NCBI RefSeq assembly: GCF_009914755.1
Contig: NC_060934.1
Direction: 5' to 3' (one strand)
From: the human T2T-CHM13v2.0 reference genome, Homo sapiens
Length of the DNA: 64,000 nucleotides
This document shows, in pieces, positions 1 to 13,814 of the stretch (within the stretch, counting starts at the first letter, position 1; the number at the start of each line of letters is the position of its first letter). The position numbers and the translations under genes are program-made. The notes under the pieces are model-generated. The model was given only the letters and a program-made list of their open reading frames with translations, ran no database searches and was not told the origin of the DNA.

Positions 1-195
1 TCTTTGACATACTGATTTCATTTTCTTCGGATAAATACCAGGAACGAATTTCTGGATCATATGGTAGTTCTATTTTTAACTTTTTGAGGAACCTCCATAC
101 TGTTTTTTGTAATGTCTCCATCAATTTACATTCCCACCAACAGTGTACAGAACTTCATTTTCCTCTACATTCTTGCCAACACTTGTTATCTTTTG
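1..195 (-). mobile_element. L1 (L1MA/L1PB-type) 3' region fragment, cut by window edge
   Basis: Typical antisense L1 text: ggatcatatggtagttctatttttaactttttgaggaacctccatactg...ttacattcccaccaacagtgtac. Confidence 0.8.
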
Positions 196-779
196 ACTGG
201 CCTGGATTCTGGGGTTGTGGGTACTGGCATTGGTGCTGAAGTGAACTTGGAGCCTGGGTCCGCCTGCATGGGCCTCAATCCTGGAGCTGCAGGAGCTGGC
301 CTGGTGCTGACAACAGCCTAGAGCCTGAGTCCTCAGGGACCACCCTAGAGCCTGGGGCTACTGGGGCAGCCTGTTGCTGGGGTTCGCTGGGTCAGGCCTG
401 CTGCTGAGGTCTGCAGCAAAGTCTGGTAGCGCTTAATGTTTGACTTTTCATATTTCAGCAAACTGATAGATGCAAATTGCTATTTTCATTTTTGACTATT
501 TTTTTCTAATTGCCAATGGGCTTGAACAATTTGTCTTGTATTTACTCAGTTTACTCCTCACTTGTGTTGTTATTTTCTAAAATCCCTGTTCATGTATGCA
601 GCCGAATGATTCTTGCTTCATCTTTTCATCTCCCTGTAATAGTGTTACATGGCCACATCCTGGTTGCAGCCTCTTCAACAAGGATGTGGCTATATAGTAC
701 TATTGCAGGGGAGTGAAATAGTGGCTACTATTGATCACTTCCCAGCTTCCTACTCTTGTTTTTACTTTCTAAAATTCCT

Positions 780-1133
780 GTCCATGTCTTTACTTTCTAC
801 AAAGTGAACAGAAAGAATCTTTACTCTGGACTTGGTTACATAACTTGTTTTGGCCAACGTGATGTGAATGAAAGTGATGTGAATGGTAACTCAAAATGCT
901 CTTGGGTATTAGGGCTGGCCTCTTGAGCATTGGGCTATGCCATGGGAGGGGGAGCTACAAATGGCCACTATTTATCACTTTCCACCTTGGGCGCTGGAAT
1001 GAGAGACATGGTCAGAGTTGCCCCAGTGCACCCACAGACACATGAGTGATAAATAAATGCTTATTCTTGTATGCCACAGAATGTTTAAGATTGCTTGTTG
1101 TACAGCACTGTTGTGGCAATGACTGGCTGATAC
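780..1133 (+). mobile_element. MLT1-family (ERVL-MaLR) LTR, old; start approximate
   Basis: cataacttgttttggccaa...aataaatgcttatt...cagcactgttgtggcaatgactggctgataca terminus typical of MLT1H/I/J. Confidence 0.7.
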
Positions 1134-1473
1134 ATATTTGCTATTTTTCTATTGGATCAAAAGCCTTCCTCTTACAAATTTGGAGATCTTTATTCTAAGT
1201 TACAATTCTTTGTGCTTTCATTTCCTTCTTTTCACACAATTTATTATTTCTTTTGATGTGCAGAAACTCTTAATTTTAATTTGTTATAATTTATTGATCT
1301 TTCCTCTTTTGGTTAGGTGTGTGTGTGCGTGTGTGTGTGTGTGTGCCAATTCTTCCTTACTGCAGGTTTTTAGACACATTATCTCATCTTTTACTCTAAA
1401 TGTTTTATGGTTTTCCTTTTATGCTGAAGCTTGGTAATACCTTTTATGTATTGCTGTGAGGTAGGGACCCCGT

Positions 1474-1848
1474 TTTTCTTTCTTTCTTTTTTTTTTTTGA
1501 GACAGGTCCTCACGGTCACCCAGACTGGAGTGCAGTGGCATGATCACAGCTCACTACAGCCTCAAACTCCAGGGCTCAGGTGATCATCTTACCTCAGCCT
1601 CCTGAATAGCTAGAATTACAGGCATCTGCCACCACACCTGGCTACTTTTTTATTTTATTTTATTTTATTTTTTATTTTTTATTTATTTATTTTTTTGAGA
1701 CAGAGTCTCTCTCTGTTGCCCACCCGGCTAACTTTTGTATTTTTTGTAGAGACGGGGTTTTGCCATGTTACTCAGGTGGGCTCCAGTGATCCACCTGCAT
1801 CAGCCTCCAAAAGTGCTAGGATTGTAGGCATGAACCACCGTGACTGCC
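1474..1848 (-). mobile_element. Composite old Alu (AluJ-like) with an extra Alu 3' end and T-rich tail in the middle
   Basis: poly-T, gagacagg...gctcactacagcctcaaactcc (J-type), second T-rich tract plus gagacagagtctc, then left arm ending gcatgaaccaccgtgactgcc. Confidence 0.85.
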
Positions 1849-3640
1849 CTTCCTTTTTTCCTCTTTTCCTTTCCTCTCCTCTCCTTTCCCTTTCCCTTTT
1901 CCTTTCCTTTGCTTTCTTTTTTCCTCTTTTCCTACCTTTGTCTCTCTCTCTCTCTCTTTCTTTCATAGAAAAGCAGTTGTTTCAGCATCATATATTGTAT
2001 AGAGAACCTCTTTCACACTGGTCTCTAGTGACTTTATAACACATATAAATTTCCATGTTTATATGCTCTGTCTCCATGATAACAACCTGCCTAGATTTTT
2101 AGAAATTTATGACAAATCTCCTTCTAGTAAGAGAAGTCATCATCCTACCTTAATTTTTCAGGATTATCTTGACTATTTTTGGCCATTTGCCTTCTAACAT
2201 AAATTTTGATTGCCATTCACTCCTATTTCCCTACCATGCTATTTGAACAAAGATACCATTTTAATTTACGGCCAGCAGGAATACAAATGTACTGTAAGTA
2301 GTGGAATTACACAAATCTGGATCCTTTTGTTTCAGATACCTTACAGGGGTCTAAAGATTCTATGAAGAAAATCTAAAATCTAAAAATTCCATGAAGAAAA
2401 TAAATTGTGTTACCTTAAGAAAATCACCATCCGCTAGTTGCAGATGAATCAATATATGCTATAGTAAAGGACCCTGCAAGAAATTGAGCTTATTGTTGCT
2501 GCTGTTATCTTTTACTTTTTGCTACAGTCAGGCTGTTACCAGAAGTTTGCCTTGATATTTGAGAAACACAATAATTACCTTGATCCCTAACCATGAGTGG
2601 TGGACCTGAAGCCATGTCTGTTAGAAGGCAATGAGAATATCTGCTCATAGCAGTGTGGGCAAACAACCTTATTGTCTGGAAAATGAAATGCAGCCATCCC
2701 TTTCCAGATGAAGTTTAAGAAAGGGAAACATCCAGACTGAAGGCACTAAGGCAACTGCTGTTCGTATTTAAAAGTCCAAAGACAAAACATCACAAGCCCT
2801 AGGAAAGGAGAAGAAAAGGTGCAGTTCTGATGCCACATAGGCATAACCTGACCTAAATTCTGAATCCCAACTCTAGTGCTGCAATAAATTGGCATGTGAG
2901 TGCAGGATAGACTTCTCTAAATAGGCACTGAGCCAGGCATCTCAGGCCAGAAATAGGAGTAGATAATCCAAGATGACTTTCTAACATAGGCCCTCAGCAG
3001 CTGCTATATTTGTCAATAAAGATCTTCCTTATAGTCAAAGCTAATCACCGTAGGCACTACTTGAGACTATGGCTTCCCTATAGGTCTTTGGATGTAGCTT
3101 ACCTGAGCTGGCTGTGACTCAAGTATCAGCACTCCCTAGCATCTGTACAGCAGGATAAACTACTTAATGGTATTCCTAGACACTATGTATACAGAACACT
3201 CAGGATGGATCAAGGAGACAGGGCAAGGAATACTCCCTGGGAAGAGTCAGATAAAAAAATGATATAAAAAAAGGATAACCCTTGAGCTAAGACTTGAAGA
3301 ATGAATAGGAATTTTAAAGGTGATTAAAGAGGAGGAAATTGGCAAAGGGAACAGCCTAGTGTTACAGATCTTTTAGAACTTGTATAGCATCCTTTCTCAT
3401 TTTTTTACTTGACTATCCCCCATGCCACAAAAAGAAGAAACAAAAGGACACTATGAAGACAATGAAAGTGGAAACAAAAATCGTTCAGTAAGAGTGGTGG
3501 AATAGGAGTACCTTGTTTGCAATGTATGAAAGGGTAAGCTATGGAAAAAGCTTGCATATGGACATGAATGTTCATACATACATTTGAGAAAGTCTACTCT
3601 GATAATGATTTGGAGAATAGATGAAAATAAGGAATAGTGT

Positions 3641-4078
3641 TGTAGGCAGAATAATGACCCAACAAAGATGTCCACATCCTAGTCCCCTGACTCTGAGAAT
3701 ATGTTGCCTTACATGGCAAAAGAGACTTACAGATGTTGTTAAGGACACTGAGATGGGAAAATTATCCTGGATTAGCCAGGTAGGTAGAAGAAGATAGCAG
3801 AGTGAAGCAATATGAAAACTCAAACTCCTCATCCTGGGTTTTAAAATGGAGGAGGAGGAGGACCATGGGCCACAGAATGCTGGTGGCCCCTAGAAGCTGG
3901 AAAAAACAAGAATACAGATTCTCCCCTCAAGCTTCCAGAAAGGAAGAAACCCTGCTGACACCTGGGTTTTAGCCCATTTGGAAGTTTTAACTACAAAGCA
4001 ATACGAAAATAAATTTGTGTAGTTTTAAGCCACTAAGTTTGTGGTAATTTGTTACAGCAACCATGGCCAACAAATACA
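3641..4078 (+). mobile_element. MLT1D-like solo LTR
   Basis: tgtaggcagaataatgaccc...ttacatggcaaaagagactt...tagaagctggaaaa...taagccactaagtttgtggtaatttgttacagca...aaataca. Confidence 0.85.
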
Positions 4079-4664
4079 GATGGTGAAACTGCTGGCAGAG
4101 AGATAAATGAAGAGGCTACTTTAATTCATATTGAAGAAAATATTTTGTAGTAAGTGGTCATTCATTCTGACAAACGAATGGTTTCCCTAGAAAGAGTAAA
4201 TACAGGAAGAATTTGCCCTAATGATTAAATTTTCCAGAAGAACATGAAATATAATTTGCTTTGAACAAAGATGAATTGCCCATTTGTGGCCAATATCCTT
4301 CAATGAAGAACTATATCCTTTCAGGTTCAGAATGAATGGGGCAATGGGAAAAAAAAAATGAGAAGCTATCTAGACCTTTGAGGCCTGGAAAAAAATCCTT
4401 TAATTAAATTAGTGAGCAATTTACCTAATATTTTGAGAATATAATTCTTTTAATTAGCTATTAATGACATGTCATTATTAGTTAATTATCAGTCTCTAGA
4501 GGATAATGTTTTCTCATGGCTTGGCTTTAATGGCACTCTCATACATCTTCTTATGTCATGGGTTATGGGTCATAGGCTGCCAATTTAGTTCTTCCAAAGA
4601 CTATTTTATTGATTGAACATATAAATTTTAAGTAAAGAAATACAATACCGTTTAGGAATTCTGA

Positions 4665-4960
4665 CAACCTGGATTCAAATTCTGGCTCTATTACGTAGTA
4701 GCTATATGACCTTAGATCAGTAGCTGAACCCTTGCAGCCTATTTTCTCATCTGTAACATAAGAAAAACAATAGCAACTGTCTTGTGTGCTTGTTATGAGG
4801 ATTAAATGAGATGATTGCTTAAAGAATTTGGTATGATGTCCAGTAATAGATTGGTGCAAAAGTAACTGTGGGTTCTGCCATTAAAAGTAATGGCAAAACC
4901 CTCAATTTTGCACCAACCTAATACACGTAATAAACATTCAGTAAAATTTAATTATTATCA
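4665..4960 (+). mobile_element. MIR SINE interrupted by MADE1
   Basis: MIR core ctggattcaaattctggctct...ttttctcatctgtaa...gttatgaggattaaatgagatga; resumes after MADE1 with taataaacattcagtaaa. Confidence 0.75.
4846..4921. mobile_element. MADE1 (Hsmar1 MITE), palindromic
   Basis: atagattggtgcaaaagtaactgtgggttctgccatt-aaaagt-aatggcaaaaccctcaattttgcaccaacctaa flanked by TA on both sides. Confidence 0.93.
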
Positions 4961-6170
4961 CCATATTTATCACTTACATGCACAAGCGCATCCACACAAA
5001 GTCGATGGGACAAGTGAGAAACATGTATCACATTCTGAGTTTCATATTATAGTTATGTGTGATATACTTATCCTTCCTCCTAAATTTTATGTTTCTTGTA
5101 GTGTACTAAGATGATGTAGCCTTAAACAGTTTGCTATGATAGCCCAGAAAAGTGAGGACTAAGTTATTGGCATATTGATAAAAATGAGGGGAAGAAAGAC
5201 TCCCAAAAGGGTCTAGAATTTGAACTATGGTTTAAAAGACAGTAAAGATTTCAGTAGTTCAAGATAAACAGGAAGACTGGGGCAGAAAAAATATCATGTT
5301 ATTAAATGTAGGGATAGAATCTAGTTTGACTAGAAATAGAAAGTTTTTGTAAGGGGAAGGGATGGAACATCAAATTGGCATATACCAAAAAGTACTGAAT
5401 TTTACCGTAGGTGTACATTTCATTTAGTAGTGAATAAAAGGTTATTGGTTACCCTGGTGCTCTAACATCATGGTCCTGGTAGCCATGTGCAGGTAAGATG
5501 AAAGGTAGGATGTTATGGGTGAGTAGATTAGCAAGAAAAAATGCAGTCCGTATACATGTGAGGTGATAATCTGGTCTTGAAATAATGGTTATACGAGCTA
5601 GCAAATAAAACAGGGAACTGAATCTAGAAGTATCGAAAGGTAAAAGAAAAAGTCTATTAATAAAGAACTTGAAAAATAGTTATTATTTGTCACTCATCTG
5701 CACCAGCCAGAGAAAAATAGTCATTATATTAATAGAGAAGTAGTTACTATCATAGGAAGGAACACTAGTCAGCTATTTAAAAAAGCAAGAAAATTCCATC
5801 TTTATTTACTGACATGTAAAGAAATTCATCATTTACTATTGAGAGAAGAAAAGCAAGATGCAAAATAATATGTATCATATGATATCATTAATATAAAAAC
5901 AATTATATAAACACTTTAATAAAGATTGCTTGTATGAATAGAGAGTGCTATTTTTAATTTCACAATGTACTACTTGAATTTTTTATGACAAACATTTTAA
6001 ACATAACATTTAAATGTAAAATAATAATGAGGTTTATAAATTAAACTATCAATAAGATCATAAATATCCAACTCCCCTAGAAAGGTAAGTAATTTACACA
6101 TAGCAAGATCTCAAAAATTACTGTTTAAAGGAACGAGTAACTTAAAATAGGAGACAAAATACCCATATAA

Positions 6171-6472
<302 letters not shown>

Positions 6473-8489
6473 CATAATTCTTAAATAATGAAGAACAATT
6501 ATAAATTATGCTGGATCACATGAACTGAGAATTGATCTTCTAACTATAATTTCTTGTAAATTATCAAAACAGATTTTAGCTGTTTACAGTGTTTACACCT
6601 GTAAAATAAGAATTGCTGTTTCACTCTATTTTGAAGAGAAATATGCTAGGAAAATATGTTATTTCTCCAAAGATTACATGGTATATAGGGTTTATCTACC
6701 CTAAAGTTGCCATCTATCAATGTTTACAGTATAACATTTGAGACCTGGTGTTATATTATTCAGTGTTATATATCATGATGTGATTTAAGTCATAGAAAAC
6801 AGGAGTTACTCTAAAGTACTTCTTTGAATCACAGTAGTCAGGCATGCTCTGCTTCAGTCAACCAAGTCCCTCATGGGTACTAATGCAGAAATTCCGCAAC
6901 CCAGGTGATTTTTGTTTTTCACACATCCACATTATAACATCAGTAGCTCTAGAGTTATAATTCTTCCAGTAGATTTTACTTTATTGAATACCAATCTCTC
7001 TGGAGTTACAACTATAATAATAAATTACACAATAATTATAGATGCAATTCTTATGGTTTCTATTTTCTTACAGATCTGTGAGTATGAGAACATATATGTC
7101 CTACCCCCACATAAATTAAGTTCTACAAATATACTCCTGGCATCAAGGCCGTAGTAACATACATCATGCATGTTGCCAAGAGCACCTCAAATCTATTCTT
7201 TAAAATTAATCTTCTGACCACTGTTTATCACATTTACTAAATATCAGTCAGCTTTTGCCAAGATGCAGAATGTTAGCTGTTACTAAACCTTATCAGTCAA
7301 CCTCCTTAAAATATCTGGAGGGCAATTCTACTGTACTGAAAAGCAAATTTAAAAGTCTTACAGAGAACACCAGACAATCCATCAAAAAAAGGTAAAAAAC
7401 AAAAACAAAAAAACATTTTTCCCCTCAAGAAAGAAAGAAAAAAAAAATCTATGAAAAGAAACCAGAAGCAGCCAGCTAAATTGAATGCAGTGTTTTCCCC
7501 ATCTGTCCCCTACAGGAAAAAGTGAAATGGCCTCTTGCAGAAAACCTCTTTTTTTTTTTTCAAATTCCACCTACTGTAATATACACATAAGCAATTGGGA
7601 GTTACTGCAGTCCATTCGTTTGCCAATAAGCACAGAATAAGTCAGAAGAAAGAACCCTGTATTCATGATGTTTACAGTTAAGTAGGACAAGAAAGCCATA
7701 TACACACATAATTAAAACACAGAGCTATCTCTGAGAGCTTCCTTAAAAATTCCAAGGAAAAAATAACCACTTTCTTCTGCAGCGACCTGGAAAGAAAAGT
7801 CTCTTCATTCTCATCATCATCATAATCATTGTCATCAGTTCTGCCATGAAATCTGTGACTCAAGGAAAATGTCCTTTCTTGAAGTTTTAAGTTAACTACC
7901 TATACGTGATGGATATGAGACAATTGGACCAGAATGATAATTTAAAATTTATTTTCAGAGTTAGGATTCTGTATACAACCAAATGTGATTAAGATTTTAC
8001 ATGTTAAAAGTAAATTTCCTTCACAGGTGAATCAATTTTTTAAAGAAACATTTGAACTCTGCACCCTTCCATCCCCACCAGTAAGTTTAGCAGCACTAAA
8101 GTGGAAAGATGTCACCCATAGTATCATCTCCCCAAAATAATAATGGCTAAGATTCTAGAAAACCTCTTTCCAGCTTTTTTTCCTCTCTGTATCAATTTTT
8201 AGATAGTAATAAATATGTTATAGATATAATTTAGTTACCTTATTTCCCTTGATGTCATAGTGTAAATAATTAGTGTGTTTTCACAATCCCTATAGCAACA
8301 GAAGTTACTGTCAGCATATTAATAATTACATGTAAATTGAGGTATTATTTTTATATAAATGATCTCTACCTACAGTTATTTAGGTCATTTCCAATTAATC
8401 ATTGAAATGCTTCAATGACCATGTTAATACATAGGTGCTGCTGGATATATATCACACCCAAAAGTAATGAAAATATTTTAAGAATTCCC

Positions 8490-8650
8490 AAAGCACATTT
8501 GCATGTTATTTCATTGAATATTTTAAGTAACTCTGAGTGGTCAGGAAGACATCTATTTATGAAAAATACGAAATCAAGGTCACAGAGATAGTCAATGGCA
8601 GAGCCTGGCACTCAAACCTGGGCTTTCTGATTCAAGTCACACTAACGATG
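8490..8650 (-). mobile_element. MIR fragment
   Basis: caaggtcacagagatagtcaatggcagagcctggcactcaaacctgggctttctgattc. Confidence 0.7.
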
Positions 8651-8719
8651 TTGCCTTTCTGTTCTCCATGAAGAGCTTCATTTCCTTTGCTGGACTCTCA
8701 TAAACCAGTGACACTAAAA

Positions 8720-9590
8720 TCTGTAACTTCAGTTCTTTCCAGAGCTCCATATCCAAATTCTAACAGTCCAGATTATATTTTCCTATAGATATTCCTATAT
8801 AATTTCAAATGTAATATTTCTGGAACTGGACTATCTTAATCTATTTCTCCTTAGGTTTCCTCTGGGTTATAATTCCTCTTTGTTATAATTCCTAGGCCCA
8901 AACAGATTTTCTTTTTACCTTTCTTGTAATAAATCAGAATGTAAGCCCAGCAGATTACTTCCCTGAATATTTTCTTAGAAATCTTCTCTATTCTCATTGC
9001 CAAGTGTTCAGGGCATCACTATCTTCTCCAGCTTGATTGAAACAACCTCCAACTCCAACTTATTACCCTGGCTTTTTTCTTCTTCTTCTATAATCCACTC
9101 TTCATGCTATATCCAACATTATACTTTTAAAAGCATTTTAACATCCTTATTTGGAGACTAAGGCTATTCAATAACTTGCTATCACACTCCTAATCATAAC
9201 ATGTATGTACAGCTCCTCCCAAACTACCCCCAATCTAATATCCTAACTTTATCTTGTTTTTTTCCCTTTCTGGCTTCATCATTCACATTAAATTACCCAC
9301 TGAGACCCCCAAACATTATGAATGTTCAAGCCTTAAGGTTTTTCTGTCCACAGACTTTTTACTAACTTTGTCTTTTTTTCCCAATGCCCTACTCTTCTTT
9401 CAATATCAGCTATTACTTCCTCATAAAATTTTGATTTTTCTCATGCAGAATTATTATGTTTCCTTTATGTGTTACACAGTTTATACATTTGTATATTAAA
9501 CAACAAATTAGGATATTTTAAAACCATTTGTTTACTACTATTTTGTATTCTTTTTTCCTCAATAACAGGGCATATGTATGACCATAGCAG
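8720..9590 (-). mobile_element. L2 fragments (very old)
   Basis: Pyrimidine-rich L2-like motifs (ccagagctccatatcc..., aatccactcttcatgct...); boundaries uncertain. Confidence 0.5.
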
Positions 9591-11319
9591 GTGGAATGTT
9601 GTGCGGCACATGGAATTTAATTACTTTATCTAGTGCTCTTTCTATCACACCACATTGTCTGTAATACAAAGTTTACTTCAACCATCCAGAAAACAATCCG
9701 TCATAAAGTGAATCCCCTGGCTATGGCAGAAATTTTGATACCTACAGTGATACATTATGCAAACACATCATTAGAGAGAGCTAAGCACGGCTCAGAATTC
9801 AAAGAGTTATAGGTGAAATCGTGTCAATAAGTGACCCAAATCTTATTCTTAACCCTCTTCGTTTTTGAAGGATAGAAGCCCAAAGTCAGCCTTGATAATT
9901 AAAGTATTTCCAATATGAGCAAAAGACATAATTTGGGTGATAAGAAAAATGATGACAGACTCCCATGCCTGTTAAATCATCAACTCAGCAGCTTTATGTA
10001 TGTTTTTATAATTTTTATTTAATCATCTCTCTCTAAAGACAGTGTCAAACCTAATGTGTGATGTTGTTCCTTTTATATGAAGTTTGTTTTATACTCTTTA
10101 ATACATATAAGTAAATTTCTATAAGCAGCATCTAATTTAAAATAAAAAGATTTAAAGGGATTTGTAAATCATTTAATTCTTTAAAAAAATCTATTTGATC
10201 TCTAATTTCCAGATTTCGATATCTCTATTTACAGACGAAAGAAGAAAATGAGGAAGTGTGGATTAATTTTACATTGACATAGAGTTTCTTAATTGAATTC
10301 AAGATAAAATCCTGCATACAGCTTACTTACTAAATTCATCTATAGCAGTAGTGATGGGGGCCCAGGAGAGCAAAACTATTTGGGATAGTTTTTTGGTTTT
10401 TTTATCCATCCAAAGAGTAAGAGAATTTTGGAAGTTACTTATTCAGTATTCTCTTGAGGAAACAATTGATATATCAATGAGGATCATACATTCTTACATA
10501 TTTGTACTTGAAGACCATGATTTTTTTAAACTATATAAAAAAATTGCTGAATGTTCAACTGCAATCTTTGCCTTAAGAGCTAGTCAAGCATAAACAAATC
10601 ATAAAAATATATGCAAATCAAAGTTCATTCAAGAAAATTTTCATTTTCTGAAGTTAAAATGTGAATAAAAATGCAACCTAGTTTCTGGTAAATTAGCAAG
10701 AGTCATTAAAATTTCTGTTGACCACTTAAATCTGAACTAACAAAATTAACAACTAGGTAGAAATATGGTTAATAAATTATCAGATTTGGTTCCATACATT
10801 GACCCAATGTTTTCCCTCCCATGAAAATAATTTAACAGAAACAAACGTATATATTAACTATAGTGTTTATTGTGATGGAACATACAAAAGAAATACTTTA
10901 GAATTAGCTTAAATTTCAGTATATTGAGGTTCGTCAACATTAAAATTGTTATATGGAAGATTCTTTTGCCATAACATGAGGACATGCTATGGCATTGCTA
11001 CAATGAAAATACATTTACACACAAGAATGAAAGTAAAATGCTGTTTTAAAATGATTGTTTTAAGGGTTATTTAAAACTTTCTAAATTTTGTTATATATTT
11101 ACTTTAGTATATTTTCAAGAAACAAGATGACTTATTTGCTTGTTTGATGCAAATATATGATATATCTGCAGAAACTTCCTTGTTAATGTCCAAACACCTT
11201 TCTTAGTAAAGCTCACAATTATCTGAAAATCCATGTAAAAATTTCAGTGTCATAAGGTATCAGAGCTGAGAGGAGTCTTAAAAAAATACAAGTGTCACCA
11301 CTTTTTAAAATACGTAAAT

Positions 11320-11580
11320 ACATTTTTTCTTTTCAAATAATATATAGAAAAGTATCAAAGATAGTACACAGTTTCTAAAAATGTTGTACCCACTCTCCTC
11401 TATTAATGTCTTTCATTACTACAATACATTTGTCCCAAATAATAAGCCAATATCGATCCATTGTTATTAACTCAAACTATTTGTTTTTTATTAGTTTTCC
11501 CCTAATACCTTTTTGTGTTGTAAGGTCTCATCTGGGATACATTTAATTGTCTCCATAGGGTCCTCTGGGCTGTGACAGTT
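11320..11580 (-). mobile_element. L1MC-like 3' UTR fragment
   Basis: aaagatagtacacagtttc...ccaatatcgatccattgttattaact...ctctgggctgtgacagtttct. Confidence 0.55.
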
Positions 11581-13803
11581 TCTCTGTGTTATCTCGAATT
11601 TCTTTGAGTTTCCTCAAAATAACTAAAGAATTTTGAATTCTTTATCTGAAATGTCAGATATCTCTGTTTCTCCAATATTGAGCCCTAGTTCCTTGAGTGA
11701 GATCCAGTGCTGTGGTGGCTTCATGTCTGACCCAGTGCATTTTTTGAGGTCATGCATTCCTGGAGAGTTTTGATGCTTAAGGATGTTCATCTGTATCTTG
11801 GCATTGAATAATTAGGTTTTATTGTAGTGTTCACCATGTAGGCTTGTTTGTACTCATCCTTCTTGAAAAGGCTTTTCAGGTAATTGAAAGGACTCGGGTA
11901 TTGTAATCTAAGCCTGCATTAGGGGAGCTTCTGCAAGCCTAGTAAAGCTGTGGTTCTTACAGACTCCCTAGAGGTATCGCCTTGATGGTCTTGGGTAAGA
12001 TCTCAAAACTTATCTGGATTACCAGGCAGAAACTCTGTTCTCTTCCCTTATTTTCTCCCAAACAAATGAAATCTCTCTCTCTCTGTTCTGAGCCGCCTTG
12101 AGCTGGGGGTGGGGTGACATAAGCACCCCTGTGACCACCACCATTGGGATTGCACTGGGTCAGACCTGAAGCCAGCACAACACTGGGTCTCACCCAAGGC
12201 CTGATGTGACAACCACCTGGTTGCTGCCTATGTCCCCTCAAGGCCCTGGTGCTCTACAATCAGCAGGTGGCCAAGCCAGCCAGGCTTGTGTCCTTTCCTT
12301 CAGGGTAGTGAGTTCCCCCAGGTCTCAGGCAGGTTCAGAGGTGCTGTCCAGGAACAAGGAACTAAAGTAAAAAACCTTAGACATTTACCTGGTGTTCTAT
12401 TGTACTGCAGCTGAGCTGGTACTCAAACCACAAGATACAGTTCTTCCCACTCTTTTCTCCCCTTTCCATAAGCAGAGGAGCCTTACCCTATGGTCACCAC
12501 CATCACAGACTCACAGGAAGTACTGCCAGGCTATTGTCGATTTTCCCTTAAGATCCAAAGGCTCTTTCATCAAGTTGTCATGAAGACTGTCTGGGCTGAA
12601 ACTCACTTTTCATGGCAGTGGGCACCCCTCTGGCCCAGGGATGGGCCATCCAAGAGGCAAGCCTAGAATTGGAGACCTCAAGAGGCTGCTTGGTGTTCTA
12701 TCCCTGGTGGCCCAGTTGGTATCTAAAGTACAAGACAAAGTCCCCTTTAGTTTCCTTCTGCTTTTCTCTAGAAAATGGAGTTTATCCCCATAGCCATTAC
12801 AGCTAGGAATATGATGAGTCTCACCTGAAGCCACCTAGTCTCAGAGTCTCACCAAGGCCCACAGTACACAACCTGGTTATCACTGCTTTTTATTTAGGCC
12901 ACAAGGGATCTTTAGTCAGCATGTGATAGATCCTTCCTGGACTGTGTCCTTCCCTTCAAGGTAGTGGGTTTCCTTTTGGCCCAGGGTTTGTCTAAAAATA
13001 TATTAGAGCTAGTGCCTGAAATAGTGCCTCAAGAGTCTTACTGGTGCCCTATTGTACTGTGGCTGAGCTGGTATCCAAGATGCAAGACAAAATTTTATTT
13101 ACTCTTCCCTCTCCTCTTCTCAAGTAGAAAGATGAGGTCTTCTCTAGAGCCATAAGCTGTGCAGTCTGGGGTTGGGGGAGGGTGGTGCAAGCACCCCCTT
13201 AGCTGTCCCGGCTGGTGTCTCAGTAGATCGTGTGACCCTGCAGTCCACTGACTCTGAGCCCAGTTCAGCACTAGGAATCACCTAGGAGTTGCAGTCCTTT
13301 TGGCCTAGACTGCCTTTCAAGTTTATTTAGGGACCCACAGTGCTTTAGCCCACAGTGGAAAGGCTTATCAGAACTCAAGTTCTGACTGCTGAGTTGGGCA
13401 ATTCCCTTCTGGCTAGGCCTGCAATAAATACTCCCTCCATGGGTGGATATCAGCTGAGTTCAGACCAGTTTTGCTTTCTGCTGTGACAGAGCAACACTGA
13501 ATTCAATGCAATGTCTCACAATTGCTGCACTCTCCCTCTTCCAAGCAAATAGATTCTCTCTCTGCACTACGCAGCAGCTGCCTGAGGATGGGGAGGAGTG
13601 GCATTAGCAATTCGAGACTGTCTTTTTTACCTCTTCAATGCCTCTTGCAGCGATATGAAATTAAAACCAGGTACTGTGAGTGCTCACTTAATTTTTGTTT
13701 CTTAAAAAGGTTTTTTTGTATGCAGATTGTTGTTAAATTGGTGTCCTTATGATGGGGATGATTGGTGGAGGCTTCTATTCAGCTATCTTGCTCTGCCCTT
13801 CTG
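11581..13803 (-). mobile_element. Old L1 (L1MA/L1PB-era) 5' UTR plus start of ORF1; 3' part absent
   Basis: Reverse complement begins gaagggcagagcaagatagctgaatagaagcctcc (L1 5' terminus with YY1-like site); GC-richer repeated UTR units; ORF1 start near 11581-11690. Confidence 0.8.
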
Positions 13804-13814
13804 GTCAGACCTGA

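Noticed and set aside
197-425. GC-rich patch that could suggest a promoter or exon
   Set aside because: CpG-poor with repetitive ctgg/gcctg motifs like old L1 UTR sequence, and it abuts an L1 fragment.
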